A stretch of 64,000 nucleotides of DNA from Candidatus Multivorans sp. (GTDB lineage Bacteria > Acidobacteriota > Thermoanaerobaculia > Multivoradales > Multivoraceae), in the NCBI GenBank assembly GCA_965247095.1, contig OZ251997.1, positions 3,264,001 through 3,328,000 on the forward strand, in the 5' to 3' direction. The translations under genes and the position numbers were made by a program. Below the pieces are notes generated by a model. That model ran no database searches. It saw nothing but the letters and a program-made list of their open reading frames with translations, and was not told where the DNA came from. Below are positions 31,079-42,157 of the stretch, piece by piece (the first letter of the stretch is position 1; every line of letters starts with the position of its first letter).

Positions 31079-31738
31079 ATGAAGTTCTTTCTCGACACCG
31101 CCGACGTAGGAGAGATCGAGACCGGCCTGGAGTGGGGCATGGTCGACGGCGTGACCACGAACCCGAGCCTGATCGCCAAGCAGGGCAAGCCGTATCTGCC
31201 CACGGTCCGCGAGATCGCCGAACTGGTGCCCGGCCCGGTAAGCGGCGAGGTCCTCGCCACCGACCTCGAAGGCATGCTCGACCAGGGCCGCCGGCTCGCC
31301 GGACTTGCCGACAACGTGGTGGTCAAGGTGCCGCTCGGTCCACCCGGACTTACGGCGGTGCGCCGCCTGGCCGCCGAAGGCATCCGTTGCAACGTGACCC
31401 TGTGCTTCTCGCCGTCCCAGGCTCTGCTGGCGGCAAAGGCGGGGGCCGCCTTCATCTCACCCTTCATCGGCCGGCTCGACGACATCGCACAGGACGGCAT
31501 GGACCTGATTCGGCAGGTGATTTCGATTTACTCCCAGTACGACTTCGAGACCGAGGTTCTGGTCGCTTCCGCGCGCCATCCCGTCCACGTCGTGCTGTCG
31601 GCGGAGATGGGTGCGGATGTCATCACCCTGCCGTTCAAGACGTTGAGCCGGCTTTACCGTCACCCGTTGACGGATATCGGTCTTGGCCAGTTCCTCGCCG
31701 ACTGGGAGGCGACCGGCCGCAGCTTCGACGACGAATGA
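31079..31738 (+). CDS. fsa: Fructose-6-phosphate aldolase / transaldolase
   Basis: [31 protein letters not shown] and SPFIGRLDD. Confidence 0.92.
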   Translation: MKFFLDTADVGEIETGLEWGMVDGVTTNPSLIAKQGKPYLPTVREIAELVPGPVSGEVLATDLEGMLDQGRRLAGLADNVVVKVPLGPPGLTAVRRLAAEGIRCNVTLCFSPSQALLAAKAGAAFISPFIGRLDDIAQDGMDLIRQVISIYSQYDFETEVLVASARHPVHVVLSAEMGADVITLPFKTLSRLYRHPLTDIGLGQFLADWEATGRSFDDE

Positions 31739-31756
31739 GCCGGAGGGAGAGTTGAT

Positions 31757-33157
31757 ATGAGCATTGCCGCCGTTCTTGAGCGCGTGGACCGGGAGACCGG
31801 CGCCAGCCTTGAGCAGTTGAAGGAGTACCTCCGGATTCCGTCCGTCTCGACGGATCCGGCCTACGCCGGAGAGGTGCGACGCTGCGCGGAATTCGTCCAG
31901 GAGCGGCTGCGGGCCGCCGGGCTGGACACGGAGATCGTCGAGACGGCGGGCCATCCGCTGGTCTACGGCGAGTGGCTTGGCGCTCCCGGGCGGCCCACGG
32001 TCCTCTTCTACGGCCACTACGACGTGCAGCCGGTGGACCCAGTGAACGAGTGGCGCAACGATCCCTTCGAGCCGACCATCGAAACCGGAGAGCGCGGCGA
32101 GCAGATCGTGGCCCGCGGCGCCACGGACGACAAGGGCCAGTCCTTCACCCACATCAAGGCGGTCGAGGCGCTGATGGCGGAGACCGGCAGCTTGCCGGTC
32201 AACGTGAAGTTCCTGATCGAGGGCGAGGAGGAGTCTGGCGGCGAGGCGATCGAAGCGTACGTCCGGAGTCCGGCGGCCGAGCGGCTCGCCTGCGATCTGG
32301 CCGTGGTCTCGGACACCTCTATGTACGGACCAGGACAGCCGTCCGTTCTGTACGGCCTGAAGGGACTGCTCTACACCGAGGTCAGGGTCAGTGGGGCGGC
32401 GCGGGACCTGCACTCCGGCACCTTTGGCGGCGCGGTGGCGAATCCGCTGAATGCCCTGGCGACCATGCTGGCGGCGCTGCGCGACCCGGAGAACGGACAG
32501 GTGCTGATCCCCGGCTTCTACGACGACGTGCGGCCTCTGAGGTCCGAAGAACGTTCCGCATTCGCTGCGCTGCCGTTCGATGAGGCGAAGTACGGCGACG
32601 AAATCGGCGCCAGCGCCCTGTGGGGCGAGGCCGGCTACACGACCCTGGAGAGGGTCTGGGCCCGACCGACCTGCGACGTGAACGGGATCTGGGGCGGCTA
32701 CCAGGGTCCGGGCGCCAAGACAGTGATCGCCAACCGCGCCGGCGCCAAGGTCTCCATGCGCCTGGTTCCCGACCAGGAACCGGAACGCCTCTTCGGCGCC
32801 TTCGCGGAGTACATGCGTTCGTTGGCGCCGCCGGGCATCGAGGTCGAGGTCGAGACCCTGAACGGGGCGCCGCCGGTGCTCGTCGACCTTGAAGGTCCGC
32901 TCGTCGATGCGGCTATCGAGGGCGTGCGGGAGGCCTGGGGCCGCGCTCCGGTGCGGGTTCGGGAGGGCGGTTCGATTCCCATCGTCTCGACGCTGTCGGA
33001 GGTGCTGGGGGCGCCGGTGCTGCTGATCGGGTTCGGCCTCTCGGACGACCGGCTGCACGCGCCGAACGAGAAGATGGACCTGGGCAACTTCTACCAGGGC
33101 ATTCGCACCGTGGTCCGGGTCCTCGATCGCCTGGGTGCGGTCCGTCCCGGCGCTTGA
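31757..33157 (+). CDS. M20 family dipeptidase
   Basis: YGHYDVQP, ARGATDDKGQ, EGEEESG, DLHSG.FGG and H.PNEK. Confidence 0.92.
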   Translation: MSIAAVLERVDRETGASLEQLKEYLRIPSVSTDPAYAGEVRRCAEFVQERLRAAGLDTEIVETAGHPLVYGEWLGAPGRPTVLFYGHYDVQPVDPVNEWRNDPFEPTIETGERGEQIVARGATDDKGQSFTHIKAVEALMAETGSLPVNVKFLIEGEEESGGEAIEAYVRSPAAERLACDLAVVSDTSMYGPGQPSVLYGLKGLLYTEVRVSGAARDLHSGTFGGAVANPLNALATMLAALRDPENGQVLIPGFYDDVRPLRSEERSAFAALPFDEAKYGDEIGASALWGEAGYTTLERVWARPTCDVNGIWGGYQGPGAKTVIANRAGAKVSMRLVPDQEPERLFGAFAEYMRSLAPPGIEVEVETLNGAPPVLVDLEGPLVDAAIEGVREAWGRAPVRVREGGSIPIVSTLSEVLGAPVLLIGFGLSDDRLHAPNEKMDLGNFYQGIRTVVRVLDRLGAVRPGA

Positions 33158-33762
33158 AGGAACGCGAGATCAAGATCCCGGTGGCCGACCTGGACGCTGT
33201 CCGGGATCGGTTGCTTGCGGTGGGCGCCGACCTCCACCGCCCTGCCTCCTTCGAGGCGAACCTCGTGTTCGACCTGGTTGACGCGCCGGTGGAGCAACGT
33301 CTGCGCTCCCGCCGCGAGCTGCTGCGCCTGCGCTCCGACGGCGCCGGCAGCCGGCTGACCTTCAAGTCGGCCCCGCGCTTCGTGGGCAGCGTGAAGGAAC
33401 GGCTGGAGCACGAGTTCTCGGTCGACGACCCGGCAGCCGCGCGGCTGCTGCTGGAATCCTTGGGGTTCGGGGTCGCCGTGCGGTACGAGAAGGTCCGCGA
33501 GACGTGGCGACTGCTTGGCTGCGAGGTCTCGCTCGACCGCACTCCCATGGGCGACTTCGTGGAGGTGGAGGAGCTGGACGAGGATCTACCGCCGGACCGG
33601 ATCGCGGAAGTCGGCCGGCGCTGCGGACTCGATGTCGAGGGTTCGGTGCCGGAGGACTACCAGGCGCTCTACCGGACCTACCGGAGGGATCGGCCGGATC
33701 TGCCGCGCGACATGGTCTTTGCGCAGCGCCCGGTCCCGGATCCGGACGGCGGGACAGGGTAG
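33154..33762 (+). CDS. CYTH domain protein (class IV adenylate cyclase-like)
   Basis: N-terminal ExExK (EREIK), LRLR, LTFK and YEK.RE.W motifs. Confidence 0.85.
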   Translation: MKEREIKIPVADLDAVRDRLLAVGADLHRPASFEANLVFDLVDAPVEQRLRSRRELLRLRSDGAGSRLTFKSAPRFVGSVKERLEHEFSVDDPAAARLLLESLGFGVAVRYEKVRETWRLLGCEVSLDRTPMGDFVEVEELDEDLPPDRIAEVGRRCGLDVEGSVPEDYQALYRTYRRDRPDLPRDMVFAQRPVPDPDGGTG

Positions 33763-34850
33763 TGCGCCGCGAGAGCCGGCGGGTGCGGGCGCTCGTGCTC
33801 TGCGCCGGACGGGGCGAACGGCTGCGGCCGCTGACCAGCTTGCTGGCCAAACCGCTGCTGCCGGTAGCCGGCCGGTCGGTGGCGATGCGCACGATCGACA
33901 TCCTCCACCGCGCCGGCTGCGAGACGGCCGTCAACCTGCACCATCTGGCGGGGTCCGTGCGGCGGGAACTGGGGTCGGAAGCCGGTGAACGCGGAATCGA
34001 GCTGACCTTCGCCGTCGAGCCGGACCTGCTGGGGACCCTGGGGGCGGTGGTCAACCTGCGGGACTTCCTGGCCGGGGGCGACGAGATCGTGCTGGTGAAC
34101 GGCGACTCGCTATGCCGCTGGCCGATTCGCGACGCGCTTGCGCGCCATCGCCGGAGCGGCGCCGACGTCACCCTGCAGCTTGGCCGCGAAGAGCCGGACC
34201 AGCGCCTGGGCGGCGGCGTGGAAGTCGATCGCCGGGGACTCGTCACAGGGCTCCGCGACCTGCGGGTCGGTTCGGTTCGCGGCCGCAGGCGAACCTTCCA
34301 GGGCCTGCACGTTCTGTCGCGCCGGGTCCTGGACGAGATTCCGTCTCCCCCGAGTTCGGGCGACATCGTCGAAGGTCTCTACCAGCCCCTCCTCCGGGCA
34401 GGGGCCCGGATCGTTGGCTTCGCCTGCCGTTGCCCCTGGCACGACCTCGGGACACCGGGCCGCTACCTGGACGGAGCGCTCGATTGGGGCCGCACGGCCG
34501 GCGGCCGCAAGCGGCGACGGCGCTTCGTGGCGCCGGGAGTCGTTGTGGAGAGCGGCGCGGCCATCGAACACAGCGTGGTCGAGAGCGACTGCCGCCTTGC
34601 CGCCGGTGCGCTGGTGGAGCGGAGTCTGCTGATGCCCGGAGCTCGGGTCGGCGCGGGGGCCCGACTCCGCGACACGGTCGTGGCGCCCGGGGTTCAGGTG
34701 CCGCCGGGGCTTGACGTCGACGGCCGGCTCGTCACGCCGGCGGACTGGGGCCGCGCCCCGGACACCCGCTCCGAAGAGCGGGACGGGCTCGTCTACACGC
34801 CGCTAGCGCGGCGCAAGCTCCTGGGCCAGAAGAACCTCGCGCAGGGCTAG
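33762..34850 (+). CDS. NDP-sugar synthase / mannose-1-phosphate guanylyltransferase-like nucleotidyltransferase
   Basis: LCAGRGERLRPLT..AKPLLPV, VNGD, WHDLGTP and C-terminal hexapeptide repeats. Confidence 0.82.
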   Translation: MRRESRRVRALVLCAGRGERLRPLTSLLAKPLLPVAGRSVAMRTIDILHRAGCETAVNLHHLAGSVRRELGSEAGERGIELTFAVEPDLLGTLGAVVNLRDFLAGGDEIVLVNGDSLCRWPIRDALARHRRSGADVTLQLGREEPDQRLGGGVEVDRRGLVTGLRDLRVGSVRGRRRTFQGLHVLSRRVLDEIPSPPSSGDIVEGLYQPLLRAGARIVGFACRCPWHDLGTPGRYLDGALDWGRTAGGRKRRRRFVAPGVVVESGAAIEHSVVESDCRLAAGALVERSLLMPGARVGAGARLRDTVVAPGVQVPPGLDVDGRLVTPADWGRAPDTRSEERDGLVYTPLARRKLLGQKNLAQG

Positions 34851-36143
34851 ATCGTCCGCCGGAATCTCGACGATCCGCTCGGGCAGGTCCGCGCAACGCT
34901 CCAGCGCCGGCGGCACGGGCGGCTCGATGCCGACGGCGTCGTGGATCACGTCGGCGAACTTCGCCGGGTGTGCCGTCGCCAGGACGACGCCCGTGCCGCC
35001 GCCCTGGGCTTCGAGTTCGTCCTTCAGGCCGAGGTAGCCGACCGCGGTGTGGGGGTCCAGCAGGTAGCCGCGGCTCTCGTGCACGTCGCGCATCGCCCGC
35101 CGCGTGGCCCGGTCGTCGAAGGAGCGGCCCGCCAGGTCGCGGCGGAGGTCACCCAGGGGATCGGCCCGGTCCGAGTACAGGTGCCGTATGCGGGCGAAGT
35201 TGCTCGGATCGCCCACGTCCATCGCGTTCGAGATCGTGGCGGCGGAGGCGCGCGGCAGGTATTCACCGCTCTGAAGGTAGGCGGGCACGACATCGTTGAC
35301 GTTGGTGGCCGCGACGAAGCGGGAGACGGGGAGGCCGATCCGCTTGGCGATCAGGCCGGCGGTCAGGTTGCCGAAGTTGCCGCTCGGGGTCGAGAAGACG
35401 AGAGGCGAGTCGCCGTCGCCGAGCGGCGCCGACGGAAGCTGCGCCCAGGCGTGGAAGTAGTAGAAGACCTGGGGCAGGAGGCGGCCGATGTTGATCGAGT
35501 TGGCGGACGCGAGAGGCCGTTGCCGGCGCAGTTCGCGGTCGGCGAACGCGGCCCGGGCGAGGCGCTGGCAGTCGTCGAAGGCGCCCGCGACGGCGACCGC
35601 GGCCACGTTGCCGCCCAGGGTCGTGAACAGGCGCCGCTGCGCCTCGGTGACGAGTCCCTGCGGGTAGAGCACGCAGACCCGGAAACCGGCCACCCCGCTG
35701 AACGCGTGGGCCACGGCGCTGCCGGTGTCGCCGCTGGTTGCCACGAGCACCGTGGTCTCCGTCCGTGCGGTGTCGGTCGCGAACCGGGACATCAGGCGGG
35801 CCATGACCCGGGCCGCTATGTCCTTGAACGCCAGTGTCGGTCCGTGGAACAGCTCCAGGCAGTGGAGGCCCGGCTCGATCTGACGTAGGGGGATCGGGAA
35901 GTCGAGGGCGTCCTCGAGCAGCGCGGCGAGTTCGTCTTCCGGGACTTCCGAGCCGAACAGTCGGCGGCCGAGGACGCTCGAGATGCCGGTCAGGGGCAAC
36001 AGCCCCAGCAAGGCCAACTCCTCGGCTGTTAGTGGCGCCAGGCGCTCGGGAACAAACAGGCCGCCGTCGGGCGCCGGCCCTTCGAGCAGCGCCTCGCTCA
36101 GGGTCGCCGCCGGCGCCTCGCCGGCGGTGCTGACGAACCGCAC
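34803..36143 (-). CDS. thrC: Threonine synthase
   Basis: DGGLFVP, ELFHGPTLAFKD, ATSGDTG, NSINIGRLLPQ and PSGNFGN. Confidence 0.95.
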   Translation of the reverse strand: MRFVSTAGEAPAATLSEALLEGPAPDGGLFVPERLAPLTAEELALLGLLPLTGISSVLGRRLFGSEVPEDELAALLEDALDFPIPLRQIEPGLHCLELFHGPTLAFKDIAARVMARLMSRFATDTARTETTVLVATSGDTGSAVAHAFSGVAGFRVCVLYPQGLVTEAQRRLFTTLGGNVAAVAVAGAFDDCQRLARAAFADRELRRQRPLASANSINIGRLLPQVFYYFHAWAQLPSAPLGDGDSPLVFSTPSGNFGNLTAGLIAKRIGLPVSRFVAATNVNDVVPAYLQSGEYLPRASAATISNAMDVGDPSNFARIRHLYSDRADPLGDLRRDLAGRSFDDRATRRAMRDVHESRGYLLDPHTAVGYLGLKDELEAQGGGTGVVLATAHPAKFADVIHDAVGIEPPVPPALERCADLPERIVEIPADDLALREVLLAQELAPR

Positions 36144-36144
36144 G

Positions 36145-37161
36145 TCAGCCCTCGTCCGTTGGCGCGCCGCCGCCGTCGATCACCCGCGCTCCCGGCGCCG
36201 GCAACGTGGAAACGAGTTGATCGCAGTCGACACCCGCCGCGTCTTCGAGCGCCGCCGCCATGGCCGCCGCCACCTGCCCGGCGCGGTCCGGGCCGTCGCA
36301 CAGGGCGAACAGGGCCGGCCCGCTGCCCGACAGGCTGCAGCCCAGAGCGCCGGCCTCGATTGCGGCCGCCTTGGCGGCGTGGAATCCGGGCACGCTGGGT
36401 GCGCGCACGGGCTCGGCCACGACGTCGACCAGGGCTCGTGACAGCAGTTCAAGGTCGGCGCGGTAGAGCGCGGCCACCAGGGCCGCGGCGTTGCCCCACT
36501 GGGTCACCGCGCGCTCAAGCGGCAGATGGCGGTCGAGGCTGGCCCGGGACTCGCGCGTGTTCACTTTGGCGTGGGGGCGAACCAGGGCACAGGTCAGGCC
36601 CTCGGGCACCGGCAGTTCGATCACGTCCGGCGCCGGTTCGAGCGAACGGACCAGAACCAGGCCGCCAAGCAGAGATGGGGCCAGGTTGTCGGCGTGGGCG
36701 CCGCCGCTGGCCAGTATCTCCCCGGCCAGCGCGTACCGCAGCAGGGCCGCCGGCGGCAGGTCGAGGCCTAGCAGCGCATCGACCGCGACGACCGCCGCCA
36801 CCGCGCTGGCGGCGCTCGAGCCGAGGCCGCTTTCAAGCGGCATGCGCTTCTCGATCTCCAGGTCGACGGCCGCATCGGGCGCCTCCGCCTGAAGCAGCGC
36901 TCCGGCCGCCACGGCCGCGGTGTTGCGGTCCGCGGCGAGCGACAGCCGGCCGCCGTCGCCGGCAATTGCCGTGATCGTGACCGGGCCGCACACTCCGGCG
37001 CCGGCGTCCCGCCCACGTTCGGTAGCCGTGACCAAGTCACCCGGGCCGGGTGACGCGCCGCCGGCGTCGCCGTCAGATTGCAGGGCGAAGCCCAGGATGT
37101 CGAAACCGCAGGCGATGTTGGAGACCGACGCCGGGGCGAAGGCTCTCGCCGAGCGGTTCAT
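36145..37161 (-). CDS. thrB: Homoserine kinase
   Basis: APASVSNIACGFD.LG, PLESGLGSSAAS, HADN and SGSGP. ATG overlaps the asd stop. Confidence 0.93.
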   Translation of the reverse strand: MNRSARAFAPASVSNIACGFDILGFALQSDGDAGGASPGPGDLVTATERGRDAGAGVCGPVTITAIAGDGGRLSLAADRNTAAVAAGALLQAEAPDAAVDLEIEKRMPLESGLGSSAASAVAAVVAVDALLGLDLPPAALLRYALAGEILASGGAHADNLAPSLLGGLVLVRSLEPAPDVIELPVPEGLTCALVRPHAKVNTRESRASLDRHLPLERAVTQWGNAAALVAALYRADLELLSRALVDVVAEPVRAPSVPGFHAAKAAAIEAGALGCSLSGSGPALFALCDGPDRAGQVAAAMAAALEDAAGVDCDQLVSTLPAPGARVIDGGGAPTDEG

Positions 37162-38243
37162 TGGCCGCCGCGCCGGGCGCACCGGGCGACGGCGAGTTCC
37201 GCGACCAGCAGCGCGCCGCCCGCGGCGCCCCGCAGGGTGTTGTGCGACAGGGCGACGAAGCGGAAGTCGAGCACCGGGCACTCGCGCAACCGGCCGATCG
37301 AGACCGTCATGCCCTTCCCCAGGTCGCGGTGGATCCGTGCCTGGGGCGGTTCGTCGTCGCCAAGGTACATCGTCGGCAGCTCCGGCGCCGAAGGCAGGCC
37401 GAACTCCTGCGGCTCGGCGCGAAAGGCCCGCCATGCCTCCCGCACATCGTCCAGTTCGGGGTCGCTCTTCAGGCTGACCGAGACGCAGAGGGTGTGGCCG
37501 TCGACGACGGGGACGCGGTTGCACTGGGCCGAGACCACGACCTCGGCCGGATCGATGGCGCCGTCGGCGAGCCGGCCCAGGATCTTCCCGGTCTCCATCT
37601 CGAGCTTCTCCTCCTCGCCGGAGATCCAGGGAATCACGTTGTCCATGATCTGGTAGCTCGAGATTCCGGGCAGACCCGCGCCGGAGACCGCCTGCAGGGT
37701 GACCACACAGAGGCGGTCGATGCCGAAGGCGTCGTGCAAGGGCTTGAGCGCCAGCACCAGGCCGATCGTCGAGCAGTTGGGGTTGGCGACGATGCCGGTG
37801 GGGAGCAGGGCGCCCTCCGCGGGCGGCGCCAGCAGGTCGAGGTGATCCGGGTTGACCTCGGGCACCAGCAGCGGGACACCTTTGTCCATGCGGTGGGCGC
37901 TGGCGTTCGTCACCACCAGGCAGCGCTCCGCGAACCCGGGTTCGACTTCCCGGGCCACGCCGGAGTCCAGGGCGGAGAAGACCAGATCGAAGTCGCCGCC
38001 GTCGAGTTCGTCGCAGGTCTGCACGGTCATCGCGGCGATCCGTTCGTCGAGCGGCCGGGTTTGGATCCAGGTCACCGCGCCGCGATAGCTCTTCCCGGCC
38101 GACCGCTCGGAGGCGGCCAGGGCCACGATCTCGAACCACGGATGCCCGGCCAGCAGGGTGACGAAGCGCTGGCCCACGGCGCCGGTCGCGCCCAGGACGG
38201 CGGTGCGCAGGGGTTTGCCTAGGCTCAGGTTATCGAGATTCAT
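37158..38243 (-). CDS. asd: Aspartate-semialdehyde dehydrogenase
   Basis: LGATGAVGQ, NPNCST, QAVSGAG, EEEK, RVPVVDGH and HNTLRGAAG. Confidence 0.95.
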   Translation of the reverse strand: MNLDNLSLGKPLRTAVLGATGAVGQRFVTLLAGHPWFEIVALAASERSAGKSYRGAVTWIQTRPLDERIAAMTVQTCDELDGGDFDLVFSALDSGVAREVEPGFAERCLVVTNASAHRMDKGVPLLVPEVNPDHLDLLAPPAEGALLPTGIVANPNCSTIGLVLALKPLHDAFGIDRLCVVTLQAVSGAGLPGISSYQIMDNVIPWISGEEEKLEMETGKILGRLADGAIDPAEVVVSAQCNRVPVVDGHTLCVSVSLKSDPELDDVREAWRAFRAEPQEFGLPSAPELPTMYLGDDEPPQARIHRDLGKGMTVSIGRLRECPVLDFRFVALSHNTLRGAAGGALLVAELAVARCARRGGQ

Positions 38244-38268
38244 GACGGGACTCCCAGGTTGGGGACGC

Positions 38269-40812
38269 TCATGGGGCGGATCCCCGCTCGGCCCAGGCGC
38301 GAAGGATGTCGGCGAAGACGCCGCCCGCGGTCAGGTCGGCGCCGGCGCCCGGGCCCTGGACGACCAGGGGGCGTTCCCGGTAGAGCCGGCTGCGGAATAC
38401 GAACATGTTGTCCGAAGCGGGCATCCCCGCTACCGGATGGTCGGAGGGTACGGCTCGCAGTCCGACCCGGGCGGTGGCCGCCCCGCCGGACGTGTCCAGT
38501 TCGGCCAAGTAGGCGAGTTCGAGCCCCGCCGACGCGGCTTCGGCGAAGCGGCCCGCCATCTCGTCGTCGGCTTCCCCCAGCCGCTCCCACCAGGCGTCAA
38601 GCGGCAGGTCGGCGAGGTCTGGGCGGTCGAGCATGGGCTCGACCTCGATGTCGTCCAGGTCGAGATCGCAGCCGCAGATGCGTCCCAGGATCAGCAGTTT
38701 GCGGGCCACGTCCAGGCCGCCGAGATCGTCCCGGGGGTCCGGTTCGGTGTAGCCCAGGCGGTGGGCCTCCCGGACGGCTTTGCTCCACACGCTGCCGGCG
38801 CTCAGCTTCCCGGTCAGGTAGGCGAGCGTGCCCGAGAACACGCCCGAAATCGAGTCGATGCGGTCGCCCGCGCCGAGCAGCATGTCGGCGGTGTGGAGCA
38901 CGGGCAGGCCCGCGCCGACGGTCGCCTCGTGGAAGACGTTCCGTGCGCCCGAGGGGCGGAAGGTGCGAAAGGCCGCGATCGGTCCCGCGAAGGGGAGCTT
39001 GTTCGCGCTGGCGACCGCGGCGCCGGCGGCCAGCGCGCGGTGGTAGACGGCGGCCATGGAACCGTTGGCGGTGACATCGACGAGCACGGTGCGGCCTCCG
39101 CCGGCGGCCGTCTCGCCGAGATGGTCCAGCAGGCGCTCCAGGTCGGCGGCTTCGCCGCTCCGTTCGAGCGCGGACCGCCAGCCGTCGGGATCCCGCGCGG
39201 CGCCGGGGTCGAGACTCTTGCCGTGGCGGGACTGGAGGTGCATGTGACGGGAACTGGCCAGGCCCTTCAACTGCAGGTCGATTCCCCGTTGCACGAGGGA
39301 GTCGCGTTCGGCGTCGAGTTGCTGGAGGAGCGCCGAGCCGACGCCGCCGACGCCGAGGACGTAGATCGCGAGCCGGCCGGAAGCGGAACCATGGAAGAAC
39401 TCCCGGTGGATCCAGCGCACTGCCCGGCCCTCGTCGGCCCGGGCCACGACCATGGAGATGTTGCGCTCGGACGACCCCTGGGCCACCGCCCGCACGTTCA
39501 CCCCGCGCCGGCCGAGGATGCCGAACACGCGTCCGGCGATGCCGGGCCGATCCCGCATTCCGTCGCCGACCACGGCGACGATCGACTGGTCCCGCTCAAC
39601 CCTCAGGGGCCGCACCGATCCGGCCTCGATCTCGGCCTGGAACTCGGCGTCGACCGCCTCCCGCGCCGCCTCGGAGACGCCGGGTTCGACCGCGAAGCAG
39701 ATCGAGTGCTCGCTCGAAGCCTGGGAGATCAGGATCGCGCTCGCGCCGCCGGTGGCCAGGGCGTCGAAGAGGCGGGCTGCGACTCCGGGAGTGCCGACCA
39801 GGTTGTCGCCGACCAGGAGCATCAGGTGGACATTGTCGATCGAGGAGATGCCCGTGACCGCCGTGCCGCGCGCCCGTTCCCTGGCCTTGCCGTCGTCGTC
39901 GACGAGCGTTCCAGGGTGCTCGGGATCGAGGGTGCTGCGGACCAGCAGCGGGATGCCCCGGCGCCGCGCCGGCGTCACGGTCGGCGGATAGACCACCTTG
40001 GCGCCGAAGTGCGAGAGTTCGAGCATCTCTTCGTAGCTCAGCCGCGGGATCGGCAGGGCGTCCTCCACGCGCCGGGGGTCGGCCGTCATGACGCCCGGGA
40101 CGTCGGTCCAGATCTCGATCCGCTCGGCATCGAGCGCGGCGCCCACGAGGGCGGCGGTGAGGTCGGATCCGCTGCGGCCCAGGGTCGTCGTCTCGCCCTC
40201 CGGACTGCTGCCCAGGAAACCGGTGACCACCTGCAGCGGAGCGTCCGGCCCGAGGTTGGCGAAGTGGGAGGCGATCGCCTCCAGGGTCGGGTCCAGATCG
40301 ACGGTCGCGGCTTGGAACGAGCGATCCGTCGACACCAGGGGGCGCGCGTCGCAGGCTTCGGCGGGCAGGCCCTCGGCGCGCAGGGCCGCGGCCAGGAGTT
40401 GCGTCGACAGGAGTTCGCCGTGGCAGACGACCCGGTCGATCAGGGCCCTGCCCGAGCTGCCCTCGTTGTCCGCGCCCGGCGCGCGGTTGCTCACCGCCGC
40501 GGCAAGGTCGTCGCACAGGGCTTCGACCGTGGCCGCGAGCGCCTGCCGATCGTCGTCGGTCGCGACCTGGGCGCCGATCTCCAGATGATGGGCGCGCAGC
40601 GCCGCCGCCTCGCGCGCCGCTTCAGCCCGATCGCCGTCCTCCAGGACGGCAGCGGCCATCCCCAGCAGCCGGTCGGTGACCCCGCCCAGGGCGGACACCA
40701 CCACCGCGCCGTTGGCGGCCGAGCCATCGAGCCGCCGGCGCACGATCCGGGCGGCGGCCTGGAGCCGGTCTGCATCGGCCACAGAGGAGCCGCCGAACTT
40801 GAGGACCTTCAT
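38269..40812 (-). CDS. thrA: Bifunctional aspartokinase / homoserine dehydrogenase
   Basis: [15 protein letters not shown], two ACT domains, [23 protein letters not shown] and GPGAG. Confidence 0.95.
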   Translation of the reverse strand: MKVLKFGGSSVADADRLQAAARIVRRRLDGSAANGAVVVSALGGVTDRLLGMAAAVLEDGDRAEAAREAAALRAHHLEIGAQVATDDDRQALAATVEALCDDLAAAVSNRAPGADNEGSSGRALIDRVVCHGELLSTQLLAAALRAEGLPAEACDARPLVSTDRSFQAATVDLDPTLEAIASHFANLGPDAPLQVVTGFLGSSPEGETTTLGRSGSDLTAALVGAALDAERIEIWTDVPGVMTADPRRVEDALPIPRLSYEEMLELSHFGAKVVYPPTVTPARRRGIPLLVRSTLDPEHPGTLVDDDGKARERARGTAVTGISSIDNVHLMLLVGDNLVGTPGVAARLFDALATGGASAILISQASSEHSICFAVEPGVSEAAREAVDAEFQAEIEAGSVRPLRVERDQSIVAVVGDGMRDRPGIAGRVFGILGRRGVNVRAVAQGSSERNISMVVARADEGRAVRWIHREFFHGSASGRLAIYVLGVGGVGSALLQQLDAERDSLVQRGIDLQLKGLASSRHMHLQSRHGKSLDPGAARDPDGWRSALERSGEAADLERLLDHLGETAAGGGRTVLVDVTANGSMAAVYHRALAAGAAVASANKLPFAGPIAAFRTFRPSGARNVFHEATVGAGLPVLHTADMLLGAGDRIDSISGVFSGTLAYLTGKLSAGSVWSKAVREAHRLGYTEPDPRDDLGGLDVARKLLILGRICGCDLDLDDIEVEPMLDRPDLADLPLDAWWERLGEADDEMAGRFAEAASAGLELAYLAELDTSGGAATARVGLRAVPSDHPVAGMPASDNMFVFRSRLYRERPLVVQGPGAGADLTAGGVFADILRAWAERGSAP

Positions 40813-40935
40813 GGTGGGTTACCGGAATACTCACGAGTCGATGAGGGCGCTGGGCCCCGAAGGGCGCAATAGCGTACACGCCGCGACACCTCGGCGCTAC
40901 GTCGCCGCCACGCCGGGCGAGGACGTCGCGCCGGT

Positions 40936-41967
40936 TCAGAACAAGGTGTTGTGAACCGGCAGGCCCAGGTGTTCGTACGCTTGCTTGGTTGCCACGCGTC
41001 CGCGGCGGGTGCGCTGCAGGAATCCCTTCAGGACAAGGTACGGCTCGTAGAAGTCCTCGATCGTCCCCTGGTCCTCGCCGACCGACGCCGCCAGCGCCTT
41101 GAGGCCGGCCGGGCCGCCGTCGTACTGCTCGATCAGCAGTTGCATGATCTTGCGGTCGATCTTGTCCAGGCCGTACTCGTCGACCTCCTGTTGAAGGAGG
41201 GCCCGGTTCGCGGTGGCGCGGTCGATCCGGCCGTCCGCCTCGATCTGCGCGTAGTCGCGCACCCGGCGCAGCAGCCGGTTGGCGATCCGGGGGGTGCCGC
41301 GGCTGCGCCGGGCGATCTCGTCGGCGCCGCCGAGGTCGACCGGCACCTCGAGCAGTTCGGCCGAGCGCTGGATGATCACGCTCAGCACGTCCGGGCTGTA
41401 GAAGTCGAGCCGGTGGACGATGCCGAAGCGCCCCTGCAGCGGCGGCGTGATCAGGCCGGCGCGGGTGGTGGCCCCGACCAGCGTGAAGCGGGGCAGATCG
41501 ATGCGCACCGTCTTGGCCATCGGCCCGGAACCGATCACCAGGTCGAGCTGGAAGTCCTCCAGCGCCGGATAGAGGATCTCCTCGACGGTCGGGCCGAGAC
41601 GGTGGATCTCATCGATGAAGAGGACGTCCCCGGGGTCGAGGTTGGTCAGGATCGCGGCCAGGTCGCCGGCCCGCTCCAGGACCGGACCGGAAGTGGACCG
41701 CAGGACGGCGCCCATCTCGCGGGCGATGATGTGGGCCAGGGTTGTCTTGCCCAACCCGGGGGGGCCGAACAGCAGGACGTGATCCAGGGCCTCGCCCCGG
41801 CGGCGCGCCGCCTGCATGTAGATGTCGAGCAGCTCGACGATCTTCTTCTGGCCCAGGTACTCGGTCAGGCGCTGCGGCCGGAGCGACGGTTCGACGCGGC
41901 GATCGTCCGTATCCTGAGCGGCCGAGAGGACGTTGCGCTCATCGTCGGTGCCGCCTGTGTCGGCCAT
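40936..41967 (-). CDS. ruvB: Holliday junction helicase RuvB
   Basis: [25 protein letters not shown] and RGTPRIA. Confidence 0.97.
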   Translation of the reverse strand: MADTGGTDDERNVLSAAQDTDDRRVEPSLRPQRLTEYLGQKKIVELLDIYMQAARRRGEALDHVLLFGPPGLGKTTLAHIIAREMGAVLRSTSGPVLERAGDLAAILTNLDPGDVLFIDEIHRLGPTVEEILYPALEDFQLDLVIGSGPMAKTVRIDLPRFTLVGATTRAGLITPPLQGRFGIVHRLDFYSPDVLSVIIQRSAELLEVPVDLGGADEIARRSRGTPRIANRLLRRVRDYAQIEADGRIDRATANRALLQQEVDEYGLDKIDRKIMQLLIEQYDGGPAGLKALAASVGEDQGTIEDFYEPYLVLKGFLQRTRRGRVATKQAYEHLGLPVHNTLF

Positions 41968-42022
41968 GGCGCGGATGCTATCGCGGCCCTAGGAGCTTGC
42001 GCGGTAGAACGATCTGACCTGG

Positions 42023-42135
42023 GAACCCGTGTGGCGCGACCCGCGCCACACGCGAACCACTCCGTGCGCCCGTCATCGGGCGCACGGATGGCACGCGGGC
42101 ATCCTGCCCGCATCCGGCGCGAAGCGCCGGTCTCC
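42023..42135 (+). repeat. Family A double hairpin (copy 3) followed by two further REP-like hairpins
   Basis: CGTGTGGCGCG acc CGCGCCACACG; TCCGTGCGCCCG tcat CGGGCGCACGGA; GCGGGC atcct GCCCGC; CCGGCGC gaa GCGCCGG. Confidence 0.78.
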
Positions 42136-42157
42136 GGGAGTTCTGCCGCGCACGCTG

